Part shown: positions 1-11,853 of the stretch, piece after piece
Position numbering within the stretch: position 1 is the first letter of the stretch
Layout: each line of letters starts with the position of its first letter
Assembly: GCA_963822965.1 (NCBI GenBank)
Contig: CAWGJT010000010.1
Location: 1,120,001-1,184,000 of the forward strand
Length of the DNA: 64,000 nucleotides
Origin: an uncultured delta proteobacterium
GTDB taxonomy: Bacteria; Myxococcota_A; UBA9160; UBA4427
Direction of reading: 5' to 3'
The notes under the pieces: model-generated
Told to the model about the DNA's origin: nothing
The model's input: only the letters and a program-made list of their open reading frames with translations
The model's database searches: none
Translations under genes and position numbers: made by a program

Positions 1-1131
<1,131 letters not shown>

Positions 1132-1196
1132 CACTTCTCCTGTCTCCCGGATCTCCGGCTCCGATCCCCCGGGCGGGTATCGGGCCGGGGCCGAGT

Positions 1197-4100
1197 CTAC
1201 ATCGACCGCCGGTAGCGGCCTCCCACCTCGAACAGGGCGTCGCTGATCTGCCCGAGGCTCGCGGTCTTCACCGTCTCCATCAGCTCGTCGAAGATGTTGC
1301 CACCCGCGAGCGCCGTCTGCTGCCAGCCGCGACAGCGCCGCCGGCGCCTCGTCGCGCCAGCGGGCCTGGAAGGCCGCCAGGTTCTCGAGCTGGCCGCGCT
1401 TCTCGTCGTCGCCCGAGCGGATCAGGGTCTCGGCGCCCGGGCGCCCGGACGTCGGGCTCCGGGTTCTCGAACGTGTTCACCCCGACGATCGGGAGCTCGC
1501 CCGAGTGCTTCAGCGACTCGTAGTGCAGGCTCTCGTCCTGGATCCGTCCGCGCTGGTAGAGGGTCTCCATCGCGCCGAGCACGCCGCCCGCGCTGCGACA
1601 GCCGCTCGAACTCCTGCAGCACCGCCTCCTCCACCAGGTCGGTCAGCACCTCGGTCAGGTAGGCGCCCTGGGCCGGATTCTCGTTCTTCAGGGTCCCGAA
1701 CTCGCGCGTGAGGATGAGCTGGATGGCCACGGCCCGCCGCACCGATTCCTCGGTCGGCGTCGTCACGGCCTCGTCGTAGGCGTTCGTGTGCAGGCTGTTG
1801 CAGCCGTCCTGCAGGGCCGTCATGGCCTGCAGGGTGGTGCGGATGTCGTTGAAGGCCATCTCCTGGGCGTGCAGCGAACGGCCGCTCGTCTGGATGTGGT
1901 ACTTGAGCTTCTGGCTGCGCTCGCCGGCGCCGTAGCGCTCGCGCATGGCGACCGCCCAGATGCGCCGGGCGACCCGGCCGATCACGCCGTACTCGGCGTC
2001 GAGCCCGTTGCTGAAGAAGAACGAGAAGTTCGGGGCGAAGTCGTCGATGCGACATGCCCCGGGCCAGGTACGACTCGCAGTACGTGAAGCCGTTGGCCAG
2101 GGTGAAGGCGAGCTGGGAGATCGGGTTCGCCCCGGCCTCGGCCATGTGGTAGCCCGGAGATCGAGACCGAGTAGAAGTTGCGCACCTCGTTCGCGATGAA
2201 GTGCTCCTGGATGTCGCCCATCACCTTGAGCGAGAACTCCGTGGAGAAGATGCAGGTGTTCTGGGCCTGGTCCTCCTTCAGGATGTCGGCCTGCACGGTG
2301 CCGCGCACCCGCCGCAGGGCGTCGGCGCGGATGCGCGCGTAGGTGTCGGCGTCGACGGCCCGGTCGCCCGGGATGCCGAGGAGGCCCGAGCCCGAAGCCG
2401 TCGTGGCCGGCGGGCAGCGGACCCCGGTAGGACGGCAGGTCCGCGAAGCGCGCCCGCACCGCCTCGAGGCGACCCGTCTCGCGCAGGTGCTTCTCGACCT
2501 GCTGGTCGATGGCGGCGTTCAGGAAGAAGGCGAGCACGGTCGGCGCCGGGCCGTTGATGGTGAGCGACACCGAGGTGGTCGGATCGCACAGGTCGAAGCC
2601 CGAGTAGAGCTTCTTGGCGTCGTCCAGGGTGCAGATGGAGACGCCCGAGTTGCCGACCTTGCCGTAGATGTCGGGCCGCGGGTCGGGATCGCGGCCGTAG
2701 AGGGTCACGCTGTCGAAGGCCGTCGAGAGCCGCGCGCCGGCCGCCGCTGGCCGCTGGCGCGAGATAGGTGGAAGCGACGGTTCGTCCGCTCCGGGTCCGC
2801 CCTCGCCCGCGAACATGCGCGTCGGGATCCTCGTTCGGTACGGCGGAACGGGAACACCCCCGCCGTGAACGGGAAGCGTCCCGGCAGGTTCTCGCCGCGC
2901 AGGAAGCGCACGAGCTCCGCCGGGTCGTCGCTGCGCGGCAGCGCCACCTTGGGCAGCCGGGTTCCGCGAGAGCGTCTCGGTGTGGTTGCGCACCCGGATC
3001 TCGCGTCCCGCGCACGCTGTAGGACTGCTCGTCGCCCTGGTAGCGCTCGCGCACGTCCGGCCAGCGCTCGAGGGCCCCGCGAAGGTCGGCGTCGAGCTCG
3101 GCCAGGGCCGCCTGCCGACGGGCCTCCAGCCGGGCCAGCACGGCTTCCTCCAGCGGCGGCTCGTCGCCGGACTCCCGCAGCGCTTCCGTCGCCTGCGCCA
3201 GGGCCCGGGCCCGGGCGGCGCTGCGCGCCTGCTCTTCGGTGCGGCGGCGGTACGCCCGGTTCTGCTCGGCGATCTCCGCCAGGTAGCGACGACGCGCCGG
3301 CGGCACCAGGGCCGGCGCCGTGGGCAGTGCGATGTCCAGGGTCCCCGCACGCTCGGGCTGGCCGAAGCGGTCCCCGGCCCGGGCGGCGAGTCGCCCGCGG
3401 AGGGCCTCGTAGAGCCGCTCCGTGCCGGGGTCGTCCCACTGGCGGGCGATGGTCGGGAAGACCGGAATCTCCGCGTCGGCGGCCTGGGGCGCGGCGTGGT
3501 TGCGCTTCCACTGCTTGCGCACGTCGCGCAGGGCGTCCCGGGCGCCGTGGCGGTCGAACTTGTTGAGCACCACGAGGTCGGCGAGCTCGAGCATGTCGAT
3601 CTTCTCGAGCTGGGACGGCGCGCCGAACTCGGGCGTCATCACGTAGAGCGAGAGGTCGACGAGATCCACGATCTCCGAGTCGCTCTGGCCGATGCCCGCC
3701 GTCTCGACGAACACCAGGTCGAACGCCGCCGCCCGCAGCACGCACAACGCGTCCCGAACCGCCGCCGACAGCGCCAGGTGCGCCCGCCGCGTGGCCATGG
3801 AGCGCACGAACACGCGACCGTCCGCGATCGCGTTGAGGCGGATGCGATCGCCGAGCAGCGCACCGCCCGAGCGCCGCCGCGTCGGGTCCACCAGCACCAG
3901 CGCCACCCGCAGCTCGGGCAGACCGCGCCGGAAGCGCCGCACCAGCTCGTCGACGACGCTCGACTTGCCGGCGCCGCCCGTGCCCGTGAACCCGATCACC
4001 GGAATCGCTGCGCGCGCGGTGCGGGCGGCGCCCTTCTCGGCGAGGGCCGCGCGCAGGGCGTCGGGGCCGGAGCCCTCACCGCCGCGCTCGAGGGCGCTGA

Positions 4101-4651
4101 TCAGGCGGGCGACGAGCGCGGGATCGTCCGCGCTCGAGGCGGTCCACCTCCGCGATCAGCTCGCGCGCCGCGGTGCGGCGGGCGGTGGCCGGAGCCGCCG
4201 CCCGGCACTCCTCGAGGATCGAGTCGATCATGCCTTCGAGACCCAGGCTGCGGCCGTCCTCGGGGCTGAAGATGCGCGCGACGCCCGCCGCCTGGAGGGC
4301 TTCGATCTCCTCCCGGCGTGATGGTGCCGCCGCCGCCGCCGTACACGCGCACGTGGGGAACGCCCGCGCTCCCGCAGCCGCTCGACCAGGTAAGTGGAAG
4401 AACTCCATGTGGCCGCCCTGGTAGGACGAGATGGCGACCGCGTCCGCGTCCTCCTGCACCGCGGCGTCGACGATCTCGTCCACCGAGCGGTCGTGCCCCA
4501 GGTGGATGACCTCCGCGCCCCGGGCCTGCAGCAGCCGGCGCATGATGTTGATGGCGGCGTCGTGGCCGTCGAAGAGCGAGGCGGCGGTCACCACCCGCAC
4601 CGGGGGCGCCTGCGCGTGCAGCGGGATGACGGGAGCGGGGGCGGTGGTCAC
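1197..4651 (-). CDS. icmF: Fused isobutyryl-CoA mutase/GTPase IcmF (frameshifted)
   Basis: B12-binding N-terminus ([18 protein letters not shown]), MeaB-like GTPase ([24 protein letters not shown]), mutase barrel ([38 protein letters not shown]); ends [11 protein letters not shown] start overlaps the MerR stop. Confidence 0.93.
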
Positions 4652-5052
4652 GGCGCTTCTCCGATGCGGCTCGCCACGTGGTCCCGGTACTTGCTCATCT
4701 CGTCGCGCAGGGCCGTCAGCTCGGCGATGCGGCCCTCGAGGTCGGCGAGGTGCGAGCCCAGCAGGTCGTCGAGACGCTCGAGCATGGCGTGGGTGGAGCC
4801 GGCGATCGCGTAGACGACGTTGAGGTCCTTGATCTCGGCGAGGGAGAGCCCGAGGGCCTTCAGGCGCCGGATGAAGCGGAGCCGCTCGATCTCGTCGCGG
4901 CCGTACACGCGCCGGCCTCCCTGGCGGCGCCGGACGCCCGGCAGCAGACCGAGCTCTTCGTAGTACCGCACGGTTCGGGCGGAGAGCCCGCTGTCGCGGC
5001 AGGCCTCGCGGATCGAGAGCTCGCCCGCCGCAGGATCCGGGGGTGAAGGCAT
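4648..5052 (-). CDS. MerR-family transcriptional regulator (LiuR-like context)
   Basis: [26 protein letters not shown]...GGRRVY HTH followed by a coiled coil. Confidence 0.9.
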   Translation of the reverse strand: MPSPPDPAAGELSIREACRDSGLSARTVRYYEELGLLPGVRRRQGGRRVYGRDEIERLRFIRRLKALGLSLAEIKDLNVVYAIAGSTHAMLERLDDLLGSHLADLEGRIAELTALRDEMSKYRDHVASRIGEAP

Positions 5053-5123
5053 CGGGGAACCTCGCAGGCCGGTGGGCCCGCTCGAAGGGTGCCGGGCCGG
5101 CTCCATGGCTCACATCGGCAGGA

Positions 5124-5147
5124 TTGCCAGTTGACGTTAACTGGTAA
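5124..5147. promoter_or_regulatory. Imperfect 24-bp palindrome, probable MerR/LiuR-type operator
   Basis: TTGCCAGTTGACGTTAACTGGTAA matches its reverse complement at 20/24 positions, is centred on ACGT, is AT-rich in a GC-rich background and lies about 70 bp upstream of the MerR gene. Confidence 0.6.
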
Positions 5148-5248
5148 CACAGCCCTGCCCGCCGGCCCAGGAACAGAGCTCGGGGCGGCCGAACGGCGTC
5201 GGCGGCGCGCCCTCGGCCGGCGCCCTCTGCCCTGCCCCCACGGGGCAG

Positions 5249-6778
5249 CTACATCGGGGTGACGCTGCGGCGCTTGGCTGGGCGCGGGTCGCGCCGACCT
5301 CGCGCCGTCTCGAGCCGGGCGCGGATCTCGTCGCGCAGGCGCTCGGGCTCGACGATGGCGTCGATCACCAGCTCGCTGGCCAGCCGCTCGATGTCGATGT
5401 CCTGGTTGTACTCGGCGCGCAGGCGCGCCACCTCCTGCTCTCGCTCGGCCTCGTCCAGGCGCTGCAAGCGGTTGTAGTGCACCGCGTTGACGGCGGCCTC
5501 GGCGCCCATCACGGCGATCATCGCCGTGGGCAGCGCCAGGCAGGCGTCGGGCTCGAAGCCCGGGCCGCACATGGCGTAGAGCCCGGCCCCGTAGGCCTTG
5601 CGCAGGATCACGGAGATGCGCGGCACCGTCGCCTCGGAGACCGCCATGATCATCTTCGCCCCGGCCCGGATGATCCCCTCGCTTTCGACCTTCTTGCCGA
5701 TCATGAAGCCCGGGACGTCCGCCAGGTAGACCAGGGGAAGCCCGAAGGCGTCGCACAGCCAGATGAAGCGCGCGGCCTTGTCGGCGGAGTCCACGAACAG
5801 GACACCGCCCTTCACCTTGGGCTGGTTCGCCACGACGCCCACCGGGTGCCCGTCGATGCGCGCGAAGCCGGTGATGATCTCGCCGGCGAAGAGCCGCTTG
5901 ATGGGGAAGAACGAGCCCCCGTCCACGATCCGCTCGATGACCGGGCGCACGTCGAAGAGACGGTTCTCCTCGACGGGAATCGCGTCGGCGAGGGTGGCGG
6001 GATCCTGGGCGGGCGCCACGGGCTCGGCCACCGGGAGCGGGGCGTCGCAGCACTGCGGGAGATACCCGAGATAGGTGCGGGCGGCCTCCAGGGCCTCCTC
6101 TTCGCTCTTCGCCAGCAGATCGCCGCAGCCCGACACGCTGCAGTGCATGCGCGCGCCTCCCATCTCCTCGAGGCTCACCTTCTGTCCGATCACCATCTCG
6201 GCCATGCGAGGCGACCCGAGGTACATGCTGGCGTTGCCCTCGACCATGAACACCACGTCGCAGAAGGCCGGGATGTAGGCTCCGCCGGCCGCCGACGGTC
6301 CGAAGAGCAGGCACACCTGGGGCACCATGCCCGACATGCGCACCTGGTTGTGGAAGATGCGACCGGCGCCCCGCCGGCCCGGAAAGAGCTGGATCTGGTC
6401 GGTGATGCGGGCTCCCGCGGAGTCCACCAGGTAGACGATCGGAACCCGTAGGCGCTGCGCGCGCTCCTGCACGCGCAGGATCTTCTCGACGGTGCGCGCG
6501 CCCCACGAGCCCGCCTTCACCGTCGAGTCGTTGGCCATCACGCACACGTCGCGGCCGGCGACGCGGCCGGTGCCCGTGACCACGCCGTCCGCCGGCAGGT
6601 CGCCCGCCAGGCTGTTCGCGAAGACGCCGTCCTCGACGAAGGAGCCGGGATCGAGCAGCCGGTCGAGCCGGTCGCGACAGAAGAGCTTGCCCTCCTCCCG
6701 AGCCTTGGCGTGGTACTTCTCCCCGCCGCCGGCGCGGATCTTGTCGAGCTTCTCTCGAACCTCTTCGCCTCGCTTCAC
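5249..6778 (-). CDS. Acyl-CoA carboxylase carboxyltransferase (beta) subunit, methylcrotonyl-CoA carboxylase-like
   Basis: ANDSTVKAGSWG, LVDSAGARI, GPSAAGGAYIP, ADVPGFMIG and RKAYGAG in the C-terminal half of ORF 5249-8308; GTG start overlaps the upstream stop. Confidence 0.9.
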   Translation of the reverse strand: MKRGEEVREKLDKIRAGGGEKYHAKAREEGKLFCRDRLDRLLDPGSFVEDGVFANSLAGDLPADGVVTGTGRVAGRDVCVMANDSTVKAGSWGARTVEKILRVQERAQRLRVPIVYLVDSAGARITDQIQLFPGRRGAGRIFHNQVRMSGMVPQVCLLFGPSAAGGAYIPAFCDVVFMVEGNASMYLGSPRMAEMVIGQKVSLEEMGGARMHCSVSGCGDLLAKSEEEALEAARTYLGYLPQCCDAPLPVAEPVAPAQDPATLADAIPVEENRLFDVRPVIERIVDGGSFFPIKRLFAGEIITGFARIDGHPVGVVANQPKVKGGVLFVDSADKAARFIWLCDAFGLPLVYLADVPGFMIGKKVESEGIIRAGAKMIMAVSEATVPRISVILRKAYGAGLYAMCGPGFEPDACLALPTAMIAVMGAEAAVNAVHYNRLQRLDEAEREQEVARLRAEYNQDIDIERLASELVIDAIVEPERLRDEIRARLETARGRRDPRPAKRRSVTPM

Positions 6779-7773
6779 TGCTGCTTCCCTCTCGTGGACG
6801 GCGTCGTGGACGGTGCCTGGGGTTGCTCTCCGGACGGAGCGCCGTCGCGGCGGCGCGCCCGTTCGCGCACGCCTCGCTCGGCCCGGTACACGCGGCTCGT
6901 GAGAGGGCGCTTCAGGACGTCCTCCTCGAGCCAGCGGGTGGTTTCGACGAGGCGCTGCAGGTCGATCCCGGTGGAGATGCCGGAGCGCTCGAACAGGTCC
7001 ACCACGTCCTCGGTGGCCACGTTGCCCGCCGCACCGGGCGCGTAGGGACAGCCCCCGAGCCCGCCCAGCGAGGCGTCGAAATCGCGCACGCCCGCCTCGT
7101 AGCCGGCCTGCACGTTCACGATGCCGCGCCCGTAGGTGTCGTGGAAGTGGAGCGCGACGTGGGACAGGGGAACCACCGCCCCCACGGCGTCGACGAGCTC
7201 GCGAACCTGGCCGGGGACCCCCACGCCGATGGTGTCGCCCAGGGAGATGTCCTCGGCACCCATCGCCACCAGGTCGCGCGTGAGCCGCACCACCGCTTCG
7301 ACGGCCACCGGTCCCTCGTCGGGACATCCGAAGGCCGTCGACACGTAGGCGCGGATCGGGACGCCGTCGGCCCGCGCCTGTTCGAGCACCGGGGCCAGCC
7401 GCGCCAGATGCTCGGCCACCGAGCGGTTCACGTTCTTGCGGTTGTGGGTCTCGCTGGCGGAGATGAAGACCGCGGCGCGTTCGATGCCCCCCGCGCGACG
7501 GAAGCGTTCGTAGCCCTGCAGGTTCGGCACCAGGCCGCGATAGTGCACGCCGGGAAATGCCGGCAGCCGGCCGGCCAGCTCGTCGCTGTCGGCCAGCTGG
7601 GGAATCCACTGGGGCGAGACGAAGGACGCCACCTCCAGGGATCGCAGCCCCGCGGCGACCAGGCGCTCCACGAGCTCGAGCTTCACGGCCAGGGGCAGCA
7701 CCTGCGTCTCGTTCTGCAGGCCGTCCCGGGGTCCCACCTCGTGGATCGTGACGGCGGGCGTCGCGCTCGACAT
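6775..7773 (-). CDS. hmgL: Hydroxymethylglutaryl-CoA lyase
   Basis: EVGPRDGLQNE, HFHDTYG, GLGGCPYAPGAAGNVATED. Confidence 0.93.
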   Translation of the reverse strand: MSSATPAVTIHEVGPRDGLQNETQVLPLAVKLELVERLVAAGLRSLEVASFVSPQWIPQLADSDELAGRLPAFPGVHYRGLVPNLQGYERFRRAGGIERAAVFISASETHNRKNVNRSVAEHLARLAPVLEQARADGVPIRAYVSTAFGCPDEGPVAVEAVVRLTRDLVAMGAEDISLGDTIGVGVPGQVRELVDAVGAVVPLSHVALHFHDTYGRGIVNVQAGYEAGVRDFDASLGGLGGCPYAPGAAGNVATEDVVDLFERSGISTGIDLQRLVETTRWLEEDVLKRPLTSRVYRAERGVRERARRRDGAPSGEQPQAPSTTPSTRGKQQ

Positions 7774-7827
7774 GGGCTGACCTCCCCGGTTGCTTCCGGC
7801 GCGCGTCGGGTGCGCCGCTGATCTCGG

Positions 7828-8706
7828 CTAGTGATAGCCCAGCGCCTCGATCCGCTTCGGGCTCTTCAGCCACTTCGGGTCCACCTTCACGAACAGCTCG
7901 AGGTGCACCTGCTTCCCGACGAGCCGCTCGATGGGGGGCCGCGCCCGGGTGCCGATGCGCTTCACCATGGCCCCGCCCCGGCCCACGACGATCCGCTTCT
8001 GGGAGTTCCGTGCCACCAGCAGGTTGGCCCGGATGTGGACGAGATCCGGCCGGCTCTCGTCGAAGGACGTGACCTCCACGGCGATCTCGTAGGGCAGCTC
8101 CTGCCCCAGGCTCTCGGTCGCCGCCTGGCGGATCTCTTCCGCGACCAGGAAGCGCACGGGACGATCCGTGAGCTCGTCCTCGGGGTAGAGGGGCGGCGAC
8201 TCGGGCAGGCAGGCCACCACGCATGCCACCAGCTCCTCCACGCCCTGCCCCGTCCGCGCGGAGACGTCCATCACCGCGTGGGCCGTGGCCGCCTCGAGAG
8301 GCGGCCACGCCACGTCCGGCCGGCGCGACAGGTCGGCCTTCGTCCCCACCACGATCACCGGGCGGCCCGCCTGCTGCGCGGCCTCGAAGAGCTGCTGCTG
8401 CACGGGACCCCAGCCGCTGCGTCGGTCCACCAGCAGCAGGGCCACCTCGCAGCCCGCTAGCGCCTCGGACACCGCCTCGTTGAGCGCCACGTTCAGGGGC
8501 TTCCCGCCCTCGTGGAGCCCGGGGGTGTCCAGCAGCAGCAGCTGCGCCTCGGGCCGACTCAGGATGCCCAGAATGCGGCTGCGGGTCGTCTGGGGCTTCG
8601 CGGTGACGATCGCGAGCTTCTCGCCCAACAGCCGGTTCAGCAGGGTGGACTTGCCCGCGTTGGGCGCGCCGAGAAGGGCCACGAAGCCCGCGCGGTGCTC
8701 AGCCAC
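7828..8706 (-). CDS. era: GTPase Era
   Basis: GFVALLGAPNAGKSTLLN, KPQTTR, DTPG, C-terminal KH domain (SQKRIVVGRGG). Confidence 0.95.
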   Translation of the reverse strand: MAEHRAGFVALLGAPNAGKSTLLNRLLGEKLAIVTAKPQTTRSRILGILSRPEAQLLLLDTPGLHEGGKPLNVALNEAVSEALAGCEVALLLVDRRSGWGPVQQQLFEAAQQAGRPVIVVGTKADLSRRPDVAWPPLEAATAHAVMDVSARTGQGVEELVACVVACLPESPPLYPEDELTDRPVRFLVAEEIRQAATESLGQELPYEIAVEVTSFDESRPDLVHIRANLLVARNSQKRIVVGRGGAMVKRIGTRARPPIERLVGKQVHLELFVKVDPKWLKSPKRIEALGYH

Positions 8707-9541
8707 GTGCGCTCTTCTCGTCGTCGCCGGCGCCCGGCGGCGGGCTTGCGGCCGCTTCGTCTCCCGCGGCTCCCTCCTCGCTCTCCTGCTCGCCCTCCTG
8801 CCGCACCACGGCGGCGGCCAGCGCGTCGAGGTCGAGGCCTTCGCGTCGGGCGTGAGCCTCGCGGGCGGCACGGCGTTCGGCCTCGCGCTTGCTGCGGGCG
8901 GTGCCCCGGGCCACGGGCTGGTCGGCGATGAGAAGCTCCGCGGTGAAGCGCTCGTCGTCGCCCTCGACGCCGGTGTCGCCCGCCGTGCGATAGCTCGGGA
9001 ACACCCCGAAGGTCTCCATCACCCACTCCTGGAAGCGGGTCTTGGGGTCGAGGTCGACCCGCGGCGCCTCGGCGGCGAAAGCGTCGGCGAAGACCCGCGC
9101 CACGAAGCGTTCCACCGGCTCGACGCCGCCGTCCAGGTAGAGGGCGCCGACCACGGCCTCCATGGCATCGGCGAGGATCGTGTCCTTCTCCCGTCCTGCG
9201 GAGCGCACTTCCGTGCGCCCCAGCCGCAGGTGCTCGCCCAGCCCGAGCTGCCGGGCGAGCCGAGCGAGGCCGCGGCGGTCCACCAGGCGGTGCAGGGCCC
9301 GGGTGAGCTCGCCCTCGCGCCACCCGGGGTGCGCGCGGTAGAGCAGCCCCGCGGCGACCATCCCGATCACCGAGTCACCCAGGAACTCGAGCCGCTCGTT
9401 GTGGCTCGCGCCCTCGTTCTCGTTGGCGAACGACGAGTGCGTGAGCGCCTGCTCGAGCCGGGAGCGGTCGCGGAACGCGTAGTCGAGCGTCTGCTCGAGG
9501 ACGTCGAGCGCCGGCTCGCCCGAATCGCCTTCGCCGCTCAA
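8699..9541 (-). CDS. rnc: Ribonuclease III
   Basis: ALTHSS, NERLEFLGDSVIG, ADAMEAVVGALYLDGG, dsRBD DPKTRFQE; start inferred at TTG overlapping the mnmA stop. Confidence 0.93.
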   Translation of the reverse strand: MSGEGDSGEPALDVLEQTLDYAFRDRSRLEQALTHSSFANENEGASHNERLEFLGDSVIGMVAAGLLYRAHPGWREGELTRALHRLVDRRGLARLARQLGLGEHLRLGRTEVRSAGREKDTILADAMEAVVGALYLDGGVEPVERFVARVFADAFAAEAPRVDLDPKTRFQEWVMETFGVFPSYRTAGDTGVEGDDERFTAELLIADQPVARGTARSKREAERRAAREAHARREGLDLDALAAAVVRQEGEQESEEGAAGDEAAASPPPGAGDDEKSARG

Positions 9542-10651
9542 GCGGCGCCCACCTGGGCGCGGCGCGGGGCGCCGGCGATCCAGCCGCCGCCCAGCACGAC
9601 GTCCGGGTCGCCGGCGTCGTAGAAGACCGCGGCCTGCCCCGGCGCCACCGCCCGCACCGGCTCGTCGAAGCACACGCGGGCGCTCCGGTCGCCGTCCGGC
9701 GCCACCTCCGCGGGCGCGGGCGCATGCCGGTGGCGCACCTGCACCCGAGCACGCACCGGGCCGGCCGGCGCCTCCCCCGCCACCCAGTGCACGGCGTCGA
9801 TGCGGGCTTCGCGCGTCTCGAGCCCGGCGGCGTCGCTCACGGTGACGCGCCGGCTCCCTGCGTCGATGTGGCTCACGTAGAGCTTGCGTCCCACGGAGAT
9901 TCCGAGCCCGTGCCGCTGGCCCACGGTGAAGTGGTGCACGCCCGGATGCCGCCCGAGCAAGCGACCGGCGTCGTCGACGATCTCACCGCCTCGATCGCGG
10001 GCGTCGGGCCGGATCGCCTCCACCACGTCCGCGTAGCGCCCCTCCGGCACGAAGCAGATCTCCTGGCTCTCGGGCTTGTCGGCGGTGGCGAGCCCCAGGC
10101 AGCGCGCGCGCTCGCGCACCTCGTCCTTGGTCATCTCGCCCAGCGGGAACCAGGCGCTCGCGAGCTGCGCCTGGTCGAGCTGGAAGAGGAAGTAGCTCTG
10201 GTCCTTGGCGGCGTCCCGGGCGCGTCGCAGCCGGAGCCGGCCGGTCCGCCGGGTCGCGATCGATGCGCGCGTAGTGGCCCGTCGCCACGCGATCGGCGCC
10301 GAATACCCGTGCGCGCTCGAGCAGGTGGTCGAACTTGAAGCGCTTGTTGCACGCCACGCAGGGAATCGGCGTGCGGCCCTGCAGGTAGTCGTCCGCGAAG
10401 GTCTCGATCACCTCCTTGCGGAAGGCGTCCGCGTAGTTGGCCACGAAGAAGCGGACGCCCAGGGCGTCGGCCACGCGGCGGGCGTCGTCGGCATCGGCCA
10501 GCGAGCAGCAGCGCGAGGACGAGCCGGCGAGCTGCATCGTCACCCCGATGGCCTCGCAGCCCTGCTCCACGACGAGCGCCGCCGCGAGAGACGAGTCGAC
10601 TCCGCCCGACATGGCGATCACCACGCGCTCGCCCGCTCCGGGCGCGTTCAC
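9538..10651 (-). CDS. mnmA: tRNA 2-thiouridine(34) synthase MnmA (frameshifted)
   Basis: AMSGGVDSS, TPIPCVACN, ATGHYAR, KPESQEICF, TVGQRHGLG, PGQAAVFY. Confidence 0.93.
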
Positions 10652-11805
10652 GGCGCCGCCGCCCGTCGCGCCCGCGGCACGAGCTCGCACAGCAGAGCCA
10701 CCACCCGATCGATCTGCGCCGCGTCGACGCCGTGTCCGACGCTGAGGCGCAGGGAGCTGCGCGCCTGCTCTGGGGTGCGTCCCATGGCCGACAGCACGTG
10801 GGACGGTGTGATCGAGCCCGAATGACAGGCGGCACCGGCCGAGGCCGCCACCCCTTCCAGGTCGAGGGCCTGCAGCAGCACCTCGCCGGGCGCGCCCACG
10901 ACCTCGAGGTTCAGGGTGTTGGGCAGCACCGGCGCCGGCGCGCCGTTCCAGCGCACGTCCGGGATGCGGGCGCGGACACCTTCCCACAGCCGGTCCCGCA
11001 GCGACTCGTAGCGGCGGGCGCGCTCGGCGCCCTCGGCCCGGGCCAGCGCGCAGGCCACGCCGAAGCCCACGATGCTGGCCACGTTCTCGGTGCCACCCCG
11101 CTGCCGCTTCTCCTGGGGTCCGCCCGCCAGCAGGGGCGGAACCTCGCGTCCCCGGCGCACCACGAGCGCGCCCACGCCCTTGGGTCCGTTCAGCTTGTGG
11201 GCCGAGCAGGACAGGAAGACGGCCGGAACCCGCGACAGGTCGACGGGGATCTTGCCCAGGGCCTGGGTGGCGTCCAGGTGCAGGGGCACCCCGCGCTCGG
11301 CCGCCGTCTCGGCCAGCTCCGCCACCGGCTGCAGGACGCCCGTCTCGTTGTTGGCCCAGATGATCGCGGCCAGCGCGGCGTCCGGGTCGGCGACCGCCTT
11401 GTCGAAGGCATCGCGGTCGACGACGCCCTCGTCGTCCACGGGCAGCCGGGTCACGCCGACCCGCTCGCCTTCCAGCAGCTGGCAGGGCTCGAGCACCGAG
11501 GGATGCTCGACGGTGCTCACCACCAGCCGGCACGACCCCCGGTCGGCCAGCGCCCGGCGCACCACGCCCGAGAGCACCGCGTTGTTCGACTCGGTGGCGC
11601 CGGCCGTGAAGAAGACCTCGTCGGGCCGCGCACCCAGGGCCTCGGCTACCTGCTCGCGCGCGCGCTCCACCAGCCGGCGCGCCGCCGCGCCCTCGGCGTG
11701 GGTGCTCGAGGGATTGCCGAAGCCCTCGCGCAGCACGGGGATCATCGCCTCGACGACCTCCTCCCGCAGGGGGGTCGTGGCGTTGTGGTCGAGGTAGATG
11801 CGCAT
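10648..11805 (-). CDS. iscS: Cysteine desulfurase (IscS/NifS family)
   Basis: IYLDHNATT, GNPSS, ANNETG, SAHKLNGPKGVG, GAACHSG; adjacent to mnmA. Confidence 0.9.
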   Translation of the reverse strand: MRIYLDHNATTPLREEVVEAMIPVLREGFGNPSSTHAEGAAARRLVERAREQVAEALGARPDEVFFTAGATESNNAVLSGVVRRALADRGSCRLVVSTVEHPSVLEPCQLLEGERVGVTRLPVDDEGVVDRDAFDKAVADPDAALAAIIWANNETGVLQPVAELAETAAERGVPLHLDATQALGKIPVDLSRVPAVFLSCSAHKLNGPKGVGALVVRRGREVPPLLAGGPQEKRQRGGTENVASIVGFGVACALARAEGAERARRYESLRDRLWEGVRARIPDVRWNGAPAPVLPNTLNLEVVGAPGEVLLQALDLEGVAASAGAACHSGSITPSHVLSAMGRTPEQARSSLRLSVGHGVDAAQIDRVVALLCELVPRARRAAAP

Positions 11806-11853
11806 CCTCGCCGAGTCTAGCTGCGGTCCCGGCGGATTCCCGGGCGGCGCGTG

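Noticed and set aside
4652..5248. Cobalamin riboswitch upstream of the B12-dependent mutases
   Set aside because: No B12-box or conserved core recognisable; the space is occupied by merR and its palindrome.
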